This document shows, piece after piece, positions 39,097 to 48,471 of a DNA stretch of 64,000 nucleotides. Numbering within the stretch: the stretch's first letter is position 1; every line of letters begins with the position of its first letter. Under the pieces are notes generated by a model. That model saw only the letters and a list, made by a program, of their open reading frames with translations. It did no database searches and was not told where the DNA came from. The stretch lies in NCBI GenBank assembly GCA_046045965.1, contig JBJOKS010000022.1, forward strand, positions 1 to 64,000, given 5' to 3'. The stretch is from Cyanobacteriota bacterium. GTDB lineage: Bacteria > Cyanobacteriota > Cyanobacteriia > Cyanobacteriales > Nostocaceae. The translations under genes and the position numbers were made by a program.

Positions 39097-39440
39097 TGCT
39101 TTTCAATCATTGCCTCAAACTTTCTTGATTACAAATATTATTTCTTTTCTGAGTAAGTTTTAAAAAAAACTTAAGAATTTTTAATACACGTAAGTCCCTT
39201 ATAAATGCTGAAAGAAACTGGGAAGCAATTGATTTTCCCGAGTCCCTAGTCCCTTCCAATACCTAACCGTTGGGAGCAATGCGAAAATGTGAGATCGGAT
39301 TTTATATCTCAATTACCAGGGCTTATTCCTAATAAACCCTGGTCGAAGTTCCTTATTTTTACCTTTTCTAAGTAGCGATCGCCAAAAAGTTGGCAACTTA
39401 TATTACAGGTTTTTAGCACTTCACAAAATCACGTTGCTCC

Positions 39441-40289
39441 CTAACCCCCAGTTTCTGGACTTGGCGGTAATTTTTCCGGCGGTGCTTCTGCTGGGGGAGC
39501 AAGTACAGCATCTGGGGCAACTTCCTCAACAGGAACGGGTTGTTTTTCCTCAGTTTCCTCTTGCGCTGCTGCTACTAACTCAGGAGTTGGAGGCGTTGGG
39601 GGTGTCAATTCCGGGACAGTTTCAGTTTTGACTTGAGTCTCACTCTCAGGTGTAACTTCCTCACTCACTTTTGTTGCTTCCGGTTCTTTGGTTTCACTCA
39701 CCTCTGCTGCTACTGCTTCCGTTTCAGCAGTGGGAATAGAGTCCACAACTGGTTCAGGTAGAGAAACATTTACCGCTTCAGCAGATGGTGTTGCTGTTTC
39801 GCTTGGTTGTTCTGGAACTGGAGTAGTTTGATCAATAATCTCCACAACAGGTTTTTCTGTAGGTGCGGCTGGCTTTTTGCTCACAGTCTGCTGTACCTTA
39901 CCTTTCACACCACTGACGACATTAGCAATTAACGCTGGTAATTGTCCCAGCTTTTCCTGGAAAGAAAACTTAGATACCTGTTCTTGGATACTCACCTTAA
40001 CTAGCTCAGGACTGGGGAGAGGCGTTTGTTGTACCTCTGGTGTAAGTTGACGACGAAGAGAAAGAGTTTGCCAACCAAACCACACCAAAAGAGCTACACT
40101 AGCTACATGACCCAGCAACAGACCCCCAGTAATCCGGGGTGCAAAAATCCATAATACCAAAGCGTAAAATAAACCTACGCCACTCCAGATAAAATCATTC
40201 TTGCGGTGGATTTCTGGGAAAAAGAAAGCCGCTAAATAAATGGCTAAACTGCCAAATCCGACTACTAACGCTAGGAGATAGGCCAGCAT
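39441..40289 (-). CDS. ycf66: Ycf66 family protein with Pro/Glu-rich tail
   Basis: LYLAAFFFPEIHRKNDFIWSGVGLFYALVLW; W+QTL.LR. Confidence 0.8.
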   Translation of the reverse strand: MLAYLLALVVGFGSLAIYLAAFFFPEIHRKNDFIWSGVGLFYALVLWIFAPRITGGLLLGHVASVALLVWFGWQTLSLRRQLTPEVQQTPLPSPELVKVSIQEQVSKFSFQEKLGQLPALIANVVSGVKGKVQQTVSKKPAAPTEKPVVEIIDQTTPVPEQPSETATPSAEAVNVSLPEPVVDSIPTAETEAVAAEVSETKEPEATKVSEEVTPESETQVKTETVPELTPPTPPTPELVAAAQEETEEKQPVPVEEVAPDAVLAPPAEAPPEKLPPSPETGG

Positions 40290-40520
40290 TTTTTCAAACT
40301 CCTTACTGTTTCATTTGTGCTACTATTTCCATTTTGCAAATTTTGTCACTAAATTGTTGACTTAGATACAAATAAAAACTAATTATTGGACATAGTTGTG
40401 ATTTTTTGTCGTTTACTTCAACTCTTAATATCTTCTTTAGGAGTGAAGCTAAAATCTCGGTTTACCCTTAAAGAGAAAGGATCTGCAAGAGTTAGCCAAA
40501 CCCAAGAAAAGATTTGAACT

Positions 40521-41951
40521 ATGACACTACAAAGCTTTGGTGTGATTGGATTAGCCGTTATGGGCGAGAATATCGCTCTCAACGTTGAGCGCAATGGCTT
40601 CCCAATTGCAGTTTACAACCGTTCTCGCGAGAAAACCGATGCCTTCATGGCGCAACGCGCTGGAGGACGGAATGTGGTTGCAGCCTTTACCTTAGAAGAA
40701 TTCGTTGCTGCACTAGAACGTCCCCGCAAAATTCTAGTGATGGTACAAGCTGGTAAGCCTGTTGATGCGGTAATTCAACAGCTTAAGCCTTTACTGCAAG
40801 AGGGTGACATCATTATTGATGGTGGTAACTCTTGGTTTGAAGATACCGAAAGACGGACTCAGGAATTAGAACCCACAGGTTTACGCTACATCGGTATGGG
40901 TGTGAGTGGTGGTGAAGAAGGTGCGCTGAATGGTCCTTCTTTGATGCCTGGTGGTACAAAAAGTTCCTATGAGTACCTATCCCCCATTTTCAACAAAATC
41001 GCTGCTCAAGTTGATGATGGTCCTTGTGTAACTTACATTGGTCCGGGTGGTTCTGGACACTATGTAAAAATGGTTCACAACGGCATTGAGTACGGCGATA
41101 TGCAGTTAATTGCAGAAGCCTACGATTTGCTGAAAAATGTCGGTGGTTTAAATGCTGCACAGCTACATGAAGTATTTGCTGAGTGGAATAAAACCGACGA
41201 ACTCAATTCATTTTTGATTGAGATTACAGCCAATATTTTCCCCTACGTTGACCCAGAAACTAAGAAACCCTTGGTTGATTTGATTGTTGACGCTGCGGGA
41301 CAAAAAGGCACCGGTCGTTGGACTGTACAAACTGCTTTGGAATTAGGCGTTGCTATTCCTACAATTACTGCTGCTGTTAATTCCCGGATTCTCTCTTCGA
41401 TTAGAGATGAACGGATTGCAGCATCTAAACAATTAACTGGTCCTGTTCCTGCTCAGTTTAAGGATACTAAGACTTTCGTGAACATGGTGCGTGATGCACT
41501 TTATTGTTCCAAAATCTGTTCTTATGCTCAAGGTATGGCGTTGATATCTACAGCTTCTACCACCTATAATTGGGGTCTAAATCTGGGTGAAATGGCTCGA
41601 ATTTGGAAGGGTGGTTGTATTATTCGCGCTGGTTTCTTGAACAAGATTAAGAAGGCGTTTGACGAAAATCCAGCATTACCTAACTTGTTGTTAGCACCTG
41701 AATTTAAGCAAACAATTCTGGATAGACAAGCTGCTTGGCGGGAAATAATTGTGACTGCTGCTAAGATGGGTATTCCTGTTCCAGCTTTTAGTGCTTCTCT
41801 TGATTATTTCGATAGCTACCGTCGGGAACGTTTACCTCAAAACTTGACTCAAGCACAACGCGACTATTTCGGCGCTCACACCTACAAACGTACTGATAAA
41901 GAAGGAACTTTCCACACTGAATGGGTTCCTATCGCTGAAGCTAAGAAGTAA
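40521..41951 (+). CDS. gndA: NADP-dependent 6-phosphogluconate dehydrogenase
   Basis: GLAVMG, KMVHNGIEY, GQKGTGRW, QAQRDYFGAHTY. Confidence 0.98.
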   Translation: MTLQSFGVIGLAVMGENIALNVERNGFPIAVYNRSREKTDAFMAQRAGGRNVVAAFTLEEFVAALERPRKILVMVQAGKPVDAVIQQLKPLLQEGDIIIDGGNSWFEDTERRTQELEPTGLRYIGMGVSGGEEGALNGPSLMPGGTKSSYEYLSPIFNKIAAQVDDGPCVTYIGPGGSGHYVKMVHNGIEYGDMQLIAEAYDLLKNVGGLNAAQLHEVFAEWNKTDELNSFLIEITANIFPYVDPETKKPLVDLIVDAAGQKGTGRWTVQTALELGVAIPTITAAVNSRILSSIRDERIAASKQLTGPVPAQFKDTKTFVNMVRDALYCSKICSYAQGMALISTASTTYNWGLNLGEMARIWKGGCIIRAGFLNKIKKAFDENPALPNLLLAPEFKQTILDRQAAWREIIVTAAKMGIPVPAFSASLDYFDSYRRERLPQNLTQAQRDYFGAHTYKRTDKEGTFHTEWVPIAEAKK

Positions 41952-42009
41952 ATTGCATCTGGTTAAGCTTTCAAGTTAGTTCTTGCTGTTTATTTTGGCA
42001 AAATTGCCT

Positions 42010-42033
42010 GTAGGGGCGGGGTTTACCCGCCCT
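42010..42033. repeat. GTAG-type REP-like palindrome
   Basis: gtaggggcggggtttacccgccct. Confidence 0.6.
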
Positions 42034-42050
42034 TAATTGTAAGATATTTA

Positions 42051-42080
42051 TTGAATTTAGCTCAAAAGCTATGCTATAAT
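42051..42080 (+). promoter_or_regulatory. Strong sigma70-type promoter with extended -10
   Basis: TTGAAT-N18-TATAAT with TGn before the -10; no credible ORF directly downstream. Confidence 0.65.
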
Positions 42081-42097
42081 TTTCAAAAAAATATCAT

Positions 42098-42379
42098 GCG
42101 GGGATAGCAGGTGTCTATGCTTTCCCAAAAGCTTCGTAATAAAGGTTCTTCTGGAAGTTTTCAATGGCTGTTCAACAGTGCAAGAGTTGTCCTCTTTCTT
42201 CGTGAACATTAAGGATAGTCTTATGATTGCACCTGTTATATACGTTATTGTCGGTTCATGCGGGGTAGCGTTGCTGCGGAGGTCTGGTGACTACCCAAAT
42301 GTACTGAAAGCAGTGCTGGAAGCTAAAAGAAATTCCTGTCGAAGAGTCAACGCTGGGGGTTCGATTCCTCCACCCCGCA
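42098..42379 (+). ncRNA. Unidentified structured RNA with a 3' tRNA-like domain (42260-42379)
   Basis: Acceptor stem GCGGGGT/ACCCCGC+A, T arm GGGGG-TTCGATT-CCTCC, helix AGCGTTG/CAACGCT; 5' domain closed by ATAGCAGGTG/CACCTGTTAT. Confidence 0.65.
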
Positions 42380-42587
42380 CTTTCCATAACATACCTGTAA
42401 AATAGAAGGTTGGGCTAACTAAAGTAAAACCAATAACCTTGCAAGAATGATTAAATACGTTAGAATAAGAGATGTATTGCGATATTTAACAATAGTGAAA
42501 TACATATATAAGGTAAAATAATTAAGCAACAATAGCAATAATATTGTCATTAAAAATCAAAAATGATCTCATAAACATAAAAAAGCT

Positions 42588-44039
42588 ATGTATATACGAA
42601 AAATTGAAATTAAAAATCTGTGGGGAAATGATTTTTTATGGACACTCAATGAAGATGTAAATGTTTTGATTGGCAAAAATGGTTCAGGAAAATCAACAAT
42701 ATTACGAATGCTTCATGAAGCAGTATTGCCTGTTGAAGATAGCAAATTAAACTTTAGGTTATTTGACCCCATTGATGAAATAATTATCGAGTTAGAAGAT
42801 GATATTGTCGTCAGAGTTAATAGTGAAAGTAGAAGTATAACGGCAAACAAAGAAATTACTAATTATAAACTGAATATAAACTTTATTAATACTTTTGATG
42901 TCGTTGAAAACGGGTTAAGCTCAGATACCACATTACTTGACTACCAACTTAATAAATTAAAATACGAGTTTGTTACTTATCAAAGAGATTTATCTAATCA
43001 AGTAGAGGAAGAATTTAAAATTAATTTTAAAACAAATAATATTAATGATCAAGCATCAAGAAAAAATCAATTAGATAAAATTGAATCTATCTATGAAACT
43101 AAAAATAAATTCATTAAGATATTAAATCAACTATTTTCTGAGACAGAAAAGAAATTTGATGAAAAGGAATTTCATTTTTTAAAAGAAGGCATACAAACAC
43201 CCATATTACCAGAGGATTTATCATCTGGAGAAAAACAGATATTGATTATTTTATTAACAACATTACTTCAAGATGCCAAAGATTATATATTGTTAATGGA
43301 TGAACCAGAAATATCCGTGCATATTGATTGGCAAAGGAGTTTAATAGCAAATATAAGAGAGATAAATCCAAATTGTCAAATTATTCTTACCACTCATTCA
43401 CCGACTGTTTGGTATCAAGGTTGGATTGAAGAAGTTACGCACATAGAAGATATTCAGTCAACTTCAGATTTAGTAACAGAAAGTACAATTCTCAAAGAAA
43501 AAACTGATCAATTAGGAGAGCGTGTAGAAGAAATAAAAGATATTTTTAGTGGCTTTTCAGGCAACAATTTACGTAAACTTTATCAATTTAATCGCAAAAT
43601 TAATGAATATACTTTATTTACAAAAGATGAATGCCTTCAATTGTTGAAATTTCTAAAAGAAAACAAGATTTATCCTGATGTCATCACATTTACTACTCTT
43701 ATTTCCAAACTCACTAATTATCAAGATGCTAAAGATATTTTCGATTTAATGGAAGCAGAAACTTATAGTAAATCATCTCATGTCAAGCCTAATGATATAA
43801 CTCTTAATACTTTGATCAAAAAAGTCAGTGGAGTTGAAGAAGGTATTGAACTTATTCAAAACATAAATGAAAACATGGAATTGCGTCCTGATATTATCAC
43901 TTTTAGCACGTTGCTTGGGAAAGCAAGAAATATGGATGAGATTACATTTCTTGAAGATGCACGAACTTACTATGGAATTAAAGCAAATAATATATACTTA
44001 AATAAATTAGCTTTTAAGGGGTTTCAGGGAGGACGATAA
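42588..44039 (+). CDS. ABC/AAA_21 ATPase (PARIS AriA-like) with C-terminal PPR-like repeats
   Basis: GKNGSGKS, LSSGE, LLMDEPE, TTHSP; repeats PDVITFTTLI, PNDITLNTLI, PDIITFSTLL. Confidence 0.85.
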   Translation: MYIRKIEIKNLWGNDFLWTLNEDVNVLIGKNGSGKSTILRMLHEAVLPVEDSKLNFRLFDPIDEIIIELEDDIVVRVNSESRSITANKEITNYKLNINFINTFDVVENGLSSDTTLLDYQLNKLKYEFVTYQRDLSNQVEEEFKINFKTNNINDQASRKNQLDKIESIYETKNKFIKILNQLFSETEKKFDEKEFHFLKEGIQTPILPEDLSSGEKQILIILLTTLLQDAKDYILLMDEPEISVHIDWQRSLIANIREINPNCQIILTTHSPTVWYQGWIEEVTHIEDIQSTSDLVTESTILKEKTDQLGERVEEIKDIFSGFSGNNLRKLYQFNRKINEYTLFTKDECLQLLKFLKENKIYPDVITFTTLISKLTNYQDAKDIFDLMEAETYSKSSHVKPNDITLNTLIKKVSGVEEGIELIQNINENMELRPDIITFSTLLGKARNMDEITFLEDARTYYGIKANNIYLNKLAFKGFQGGR

Positions 44040-44042
44040 GTA

Positions 44043-45044
44043 ATGAATTTGTATGAAGTAGCTGCCCAAAGAATGCAAGAAGAAGCTCGCTAAAAAAGGT
44101 GTGAAATTTCTGTATTGGTTGAAGATGTTTATGATGAAGAATTTTGGAGACTTATTATTGAAAATGTTAAACCGAATTTAAGAAATAAAATTTATTTCCC
44201 ATATCCCAGTAAGAAAGGAACACGCGGAAAAGATACTTTAAAAAAGTTTAGAGAGTTCGTTAATAAAAAATTTATTATTTGTATTGATAGTGATTGCGAA
44301 TACTTGTACGATAATAATGTTTGGTATATCGCTGACTATATTTACCATACAGTTGTTTATAGTAAAGAAAACTTTCAGTGTAATCATTTTTCATTAAATG
44401 AAATATGCAAAAGTTTAACCACAGAAAACTATGATTTTAGCAGTTTACTTGAAAATATTTCCCGAAGAGTTTCTCCTCTATTTTACGTTTGGTTCTACTT
44501 TAAAGAAATCAACTACAATAATGTTGAGCATCTTATAAATAATGAAGCATTTGCAAGAATTTTAAATTTTCAAGATAGTCAATTCGACAATATTGGAGAT
44601 GAAAATATCTTATTTCAAAATATTGAAGATAGAGTGAAAAATATATTACAAAATCTAAAAAATGTCATGGACAATGATAGTTGGTATGAATCAATATTTA
44701 CAATTGATATTCCTAATATACAAAATCGGTTAATAGAACAATACTCAATACATCCAGAAGATATTTTATCATTTTGCTGTGGACATGGTGTATTAGACCA
44801 ATTTGTTGAACCTTTTATGAGAAAACTCATTACAATATTAAAGAATTTAAAAATAGAAGAAGTAAAACAGGCTTTAAGTGAAGACAAAAATATTGATAAC
44901 ACAATTAGTCGTATCGAAAATATTGCCAGACGAGACATTAAGACTATGTTAAACACCAGTTTAATATATCTCCTTCTTTATAATGCTGTCGAAAATCAAC
45001 AGATGCAAGAAATTAAAGACAAACTAGCTAGAGAACTGAACTAG
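44043..45044 (+). pseudogene. DUF4435/TOPRIM nuclease (PARIS AriB-like) interrupted by an in-frame TAA at 44091
   Basis: ATG 44043 after GGAGG, in frame with ORF 44115; VLVED..D, IDSD, YSKEN motifs. Confidence 0.72.
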
Positions 45045-45257
45045 TGCGATCGTAAAGCGCATCTGCAAGCAGATCGCCCTTAGTTAATGGAAATACGTTA
45101 AGATAAGGGATGTAGTGCGGTGTTTAATAATAGTAAAATATGACAAATCAAGAGTTTTTAAAAGTAGGAATCTTAAAAATGTATCAAAAGGTGGAGATAA
45201 AGTGAAAAGATTCTATCTTTAATTGGATATAGCTTCTGTCTTTAGGGACATTAAACA

Positions 45258-45512
45258 ATGCTGAAAAAGATTAATTCTATAATCTCCAAAAATACTGAAA
45301 TTTTTCAAAAAATAACAGATGAACAAGCAGCTTTTATTAGTGGTGGTATGGAGATACCTGTAGCTCCTGATATACCTTCTATACCTTATGATGTTGGTGA
45401 GCTAACACCTCAAATTCCTAATCTTCCTAATCTTCCGGTTGATCTGCTTAATTCTGTTCCTACTACTTTTCCACTTGATATGAGTTCTTTTGGAGTTCCC
45501 GTAACTGTTTAA
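45258..45512 (+). CDS. Small protein with a double-glycine-type leader and Pro-rich core
   Basis: FQKITDEQAAFISGG followed by a Pro/acidic core; has its own terminator. Confidence 0.7.
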   Translation: MLKKINSIISKNTEIFQKITDEQAAFISGGMEIPVAPDIPSIPYDVGELTPQIPNLPNLPVDLLNSVPTTFPLDMSSFGVPVTV

Positions 45513-45561
45513 ATTTTGCTCCAGCATTAATTTTAGCAACTTACAAAATTTTCAAAAAAGT

Positions 45562-45592
45562 AAACCATCTCACTTGTGTTGATGGTTTTTTT
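45562..45592 (+). terminator. Intrinsic terminator
   Basis: aaaccatc-loop-gatggttt plus T run. Confidence 0.6.
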
Positions 45593-45782
45593 ACTTGGCT
45601 TTTTTTACTTGGTAGTTTTTAGTTTTTGTAGGTTGGGTTAAGCAATAGCGTTTAGTTGTAACCTGCATAAATTTTTCCTGATAAATACACTAGCTATCAG
45701 CATTCAGAAGTAAGCTTTTTAACGGTTAAGCTAAAAACTTTATAAAGAAAAGCATTTCTGATACAAACCAGAATAAAAATAA

Positions 45783-46931
45783 TCAACCATTCCCCAAAAA
45801 CTTAGCCTTCATCTCCTCCAATTCTTTATCTACAGCATCGTTATTATTAGGATTATTAGTAGAAACAGAAGATTGTGGTGTCACATTTTGCGGTTGCACC
45901 TTACCACCAGTAAACTGTGTTTTTAATTCCAATAATTCCTTCTCAAGTTGACTAGGAGTTTGAGGAACAACAGCAGGTGGAGAAATAGGAGATTTTTGTT
46001 TAACAGGTTGATTAATAATTGTGGGTGGGATAACTGCGGGAGATTGAATATTTAAATTATTATTTAAATCTTTAAGAACTGCATCAGTTGTTTGATAACG
46101 CTGACTAGGGATAGTTTCTACCATTTTGTCAATAATATTACCCAATTCCTTACTAACCGGACTTTTCAAATATTGTCGCCATACCCAAGCAGCGTTATGG
46201 GTATCATAACTATCAAAAGGCGATCGCACTGTTAACAAATTAATACAAGTTACCCCTAAACTATAAATATCACTGGCAAAAATTGCCCTTCCTCGCATTT
46301 GTTCTGGTGCAACATATTCAGGACTACCAATACTCGTACCTGTGCGATTTAAAGCCTCACCTGCGGTAGATTTTGCCGCTCCAAAATCAACAATTACTAG
46401 TTTATGATCACTACCCCGACGAATAATATTTTCTGGTTTAATATCTCGATGAATTACTTGTTTACCATGACAAAATTGCAACACAGGTAATAAATCATTT
46501 AATAATTGTCGAATCTGAATTTCATTAAAAGCACCTCTATTTGCTAATTCCTGAGCCAAATTTAGCCCATCAATAAATTCTTGGACTAAATACTGTCTGT
46601 CATCTTGAGTACAATAAGCCAACAGTGCGGGAATTTGCGGATGTTGTCCCAAATCATCCAACTGTACTGCTTCCTGGTTAAATAACTCTATCGCTTTTTG
46701 TACCGTATTTGTACCTTGAGCTTGGGGAAAAAATTGCTTAATTACACAGGTAGGTTTTGAGGGTTTATCCTCATCCACCGCTAAAAAAGTTCTCCCAAAA
46801 CCACCTTGTCCAATGGGTTTAATAGCGCGGTAACGTTCTTTTAACAGTAACTTAGTACCGCAAGTTAGACAAAACTTGACATCATCAGGGTTTTCCGGTT
46901 TAGAACAATGGGGGTTAAGACAGTAACTCAT
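45783..46931 (-). CDS. Cytoplasmic Ser/Thr protein kinase with 4-Cys N-terminus
   Basis: YCLNPHC..FC..CG, IGQGGFG, HRDIKPEN, DFG, APEQ. Confidence 0.95.
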   Translation of the reverse strand: MSYCLNPHCSKPENPDDVKFCLTCGTKLLLKERYRAIKPIGQGGFGRTFLAVDEDKPSKPTCVIKQFFPQAQGTNTVQKAIELFNQEAVQLDDLGQHPQIPALLAYCTQDDRQYLVQEFIDGLNLAQELANRGAFNEIQIRQLLNDLLPVLQFCHGKQVIHRDIKPENIIRRGSDHKLVIVDFGAAKSTAGEALNRTGTSIGSPEYVAPEQMRGRAIFASDIYSLGVTCINLLTVRSPFDSYDTHNAAWVWRQYLKSPVSKELGNIIDKMVETIPSQRYQTTDAVLKDLNNNLNIQSPAVIPPTIINQPVKQKSPISPPAVVPQTPSQLEKELLELKTQFTGGKVQPQNVTPQSSVSTNNPNNNDAVDKELEEMKAKFLGNG

Positions 46932-47070
46932 AGGGTGTTCGCGCTTACTTATACTTATTGTTTACTTATTGTTTATTGTGCCTTGTACTTTGTTAAATGT
47001 TAATTGTTAAGATTATTGAAGAAAGGCATAGTTTAACAAAATAGTATCAACAAACTGGATTTTGATAATC

Positions 47071-48471
47071 ATGGAAAATCAATTTTCTTGGACTCAACAA
47101 TGGTATCCTATTAGTCCCATCAGTTATTTAGATCCTACTCAACCTACTCCTGTCAACCTGCTGGGTAAAAAATTGGTAATTTGGAGAGATAAAAATCAAA
47201 ACTGGGTGGTAATGGATGATGCTTGTCCTCATAAGTTAGCGCGTCTATCTCTGGGAAAAATCAATGCAGATGGAATGTTGATGTGTAGACATCATGGTTG
47301 GTGTTTTAACAGTGAGGGAAAATGTACAAAAATTCCCATGTTAGCAGGTAGTGAAGCAGAAGAAACAGCTTGTAAAAGTGAGCGATCGCAAGTTACAACC
47401 TATCCCACACAAGTAGCACAAAACTTACTTTGGGTATGGCCTGATCATAGTTTAACAGCATTTACAGATTGTACATCTAAACAACCAGCCACCATCCCAG
47501 AAACAGAACTGGATCTTAATGCCACAGATTGGTATATGTTTGAAGCACCAGTCGGTTATACAGTATCAGTTGAAAGTAGTTTTGATCCTTCCCATGCTCA
47601 ATTTTTACATGAAGGAATTGGTAGTTTTTCACCAGAAAAAACCGTACCCATCCAGCAGTTTGAAAATATCGGAGAAATCACAGTTCAAGGAGGTTTTACC
47701 CTCAAACATAGCGGTTATAATCTTGCAAATAAAGATATGGAAGCTATGCGGAAATTTACACCACCTTCTGCAAATACGACTATATATAAATATCCTAATG
47801 GCAAAAGCAACCTATTTCAATTATATTTTGTGCCGACAAAACCAGGTTATTGTCGCTACATTGTCAAGTTTATAACTGGGATGAATTCTAGTTCTAAGAA
47901 TCTGTTTTTTAATTTGCTTCCCCAATATTTTCAAACGGGATTACAACATATATCTGGTTACAAACTTGGTGATCAAGATTTAGCCATGATGCACTCTCAA
48001 GAAACCCTGGAATCATCAATAAAAAAACCTTGGCAAAAAGCTTATTTTATGCCAGCTAAATCTGATGTAGGTGTAGTCACTTTTAGGAAATGGTTAGATG
48101 AATTTGCTGGAGGTAGTCCCGCTTGGTCAGGAGATATAAAAGCTAGTTTTCAAGAATTAGATGATCAGCAATTATTTGATAGATGGAACAGACACACAAA
48201 ACATTGTCCTAGTTGTCGTAATTCATTAATGTTGATAGAAAAAGCGCAAAGAATTTGTAATATCAGCACTGTAGTTTTTGCAATATTGGCATTACTGTTA
48301 ATTATTATCGGTGTCCCTGTACAATTAGCAGTGATATCTACAATTATTGCTGTTGTTAGTTCCTTAGCATTTTATTTATTAGATGATTTGAGACATCGTT
48401 TTTTAAGCAGTGTTCCCAAACGGGGTATACCTTGGCTAAAGCTGTATGAAAATCAGGTAAAACTTGGATAA
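47071..48471 (+). CDS. Rieske oxygenase, pheophorbide a oxygenase (PaO) family
   Basis: CPHK...CRHHGW Rieske motif, DPSHAQFLH iron motif, HTKHCPSC, two C-terminal TMs. Confidence 0.9.
   Translation: MENQFSWTQQWYPISPISYLDPTQPTPVNLLGKKLVIWRDKNQNWVVMDDACPHKLARLSLGKINADGMLMCRHHGWCFNSEGKCTKIPMLAGSEAEETACKSERSQVTTYPTQVAQNLLWVWPDHSLTAFTDCTSKQPATIPETELDLNATDWYMFEAPVGYTVSVESSFDPSHAQFLHEGIGSFSPEKTVPIQQFENIGEITVQGGFTLKHSGYNLANKDMEAMRKFTPPSANTTIYKYPNGKSNLFQLYFVPTKPGYCRYIVKFITGMNSSSKNLFFNLLPQYFQTGLQHISGYKLGDQDLAMMHSQETLESSIKKPWQKAYFMPAKSDVGVVTFRKWLDEFAGGSPAWSGDIKASFQELDDQQLFDRWNRHTKHCPSCRNSLMLIEKAQRICNISTVVFAILALLLIIIGVPVQLAVISTIIAVVSSLAFYLLDDLRHRFLSSVPKRGIPWLKLYENQVKLG

Noticed and set aside
42260..42379. 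Canonical tRNA or tmRNA
   Set aside because: No D arm, no paired anticodon stem (CTGAAAG flanks do not pair as a 7-nt loop), no G3-U70 or tag peptide
42178..42405. 75-aa ORF over the tRNA-like RNA
   Set aside because: No RBS or recognisable motif; the sequence is better explained by RNA helices and a T loop
45046..45078. HIP1-associated small palindrome after the ariB-like gene as an island att site
   Set aside because: No matching copy seen at the left boundary and no integrase in the window
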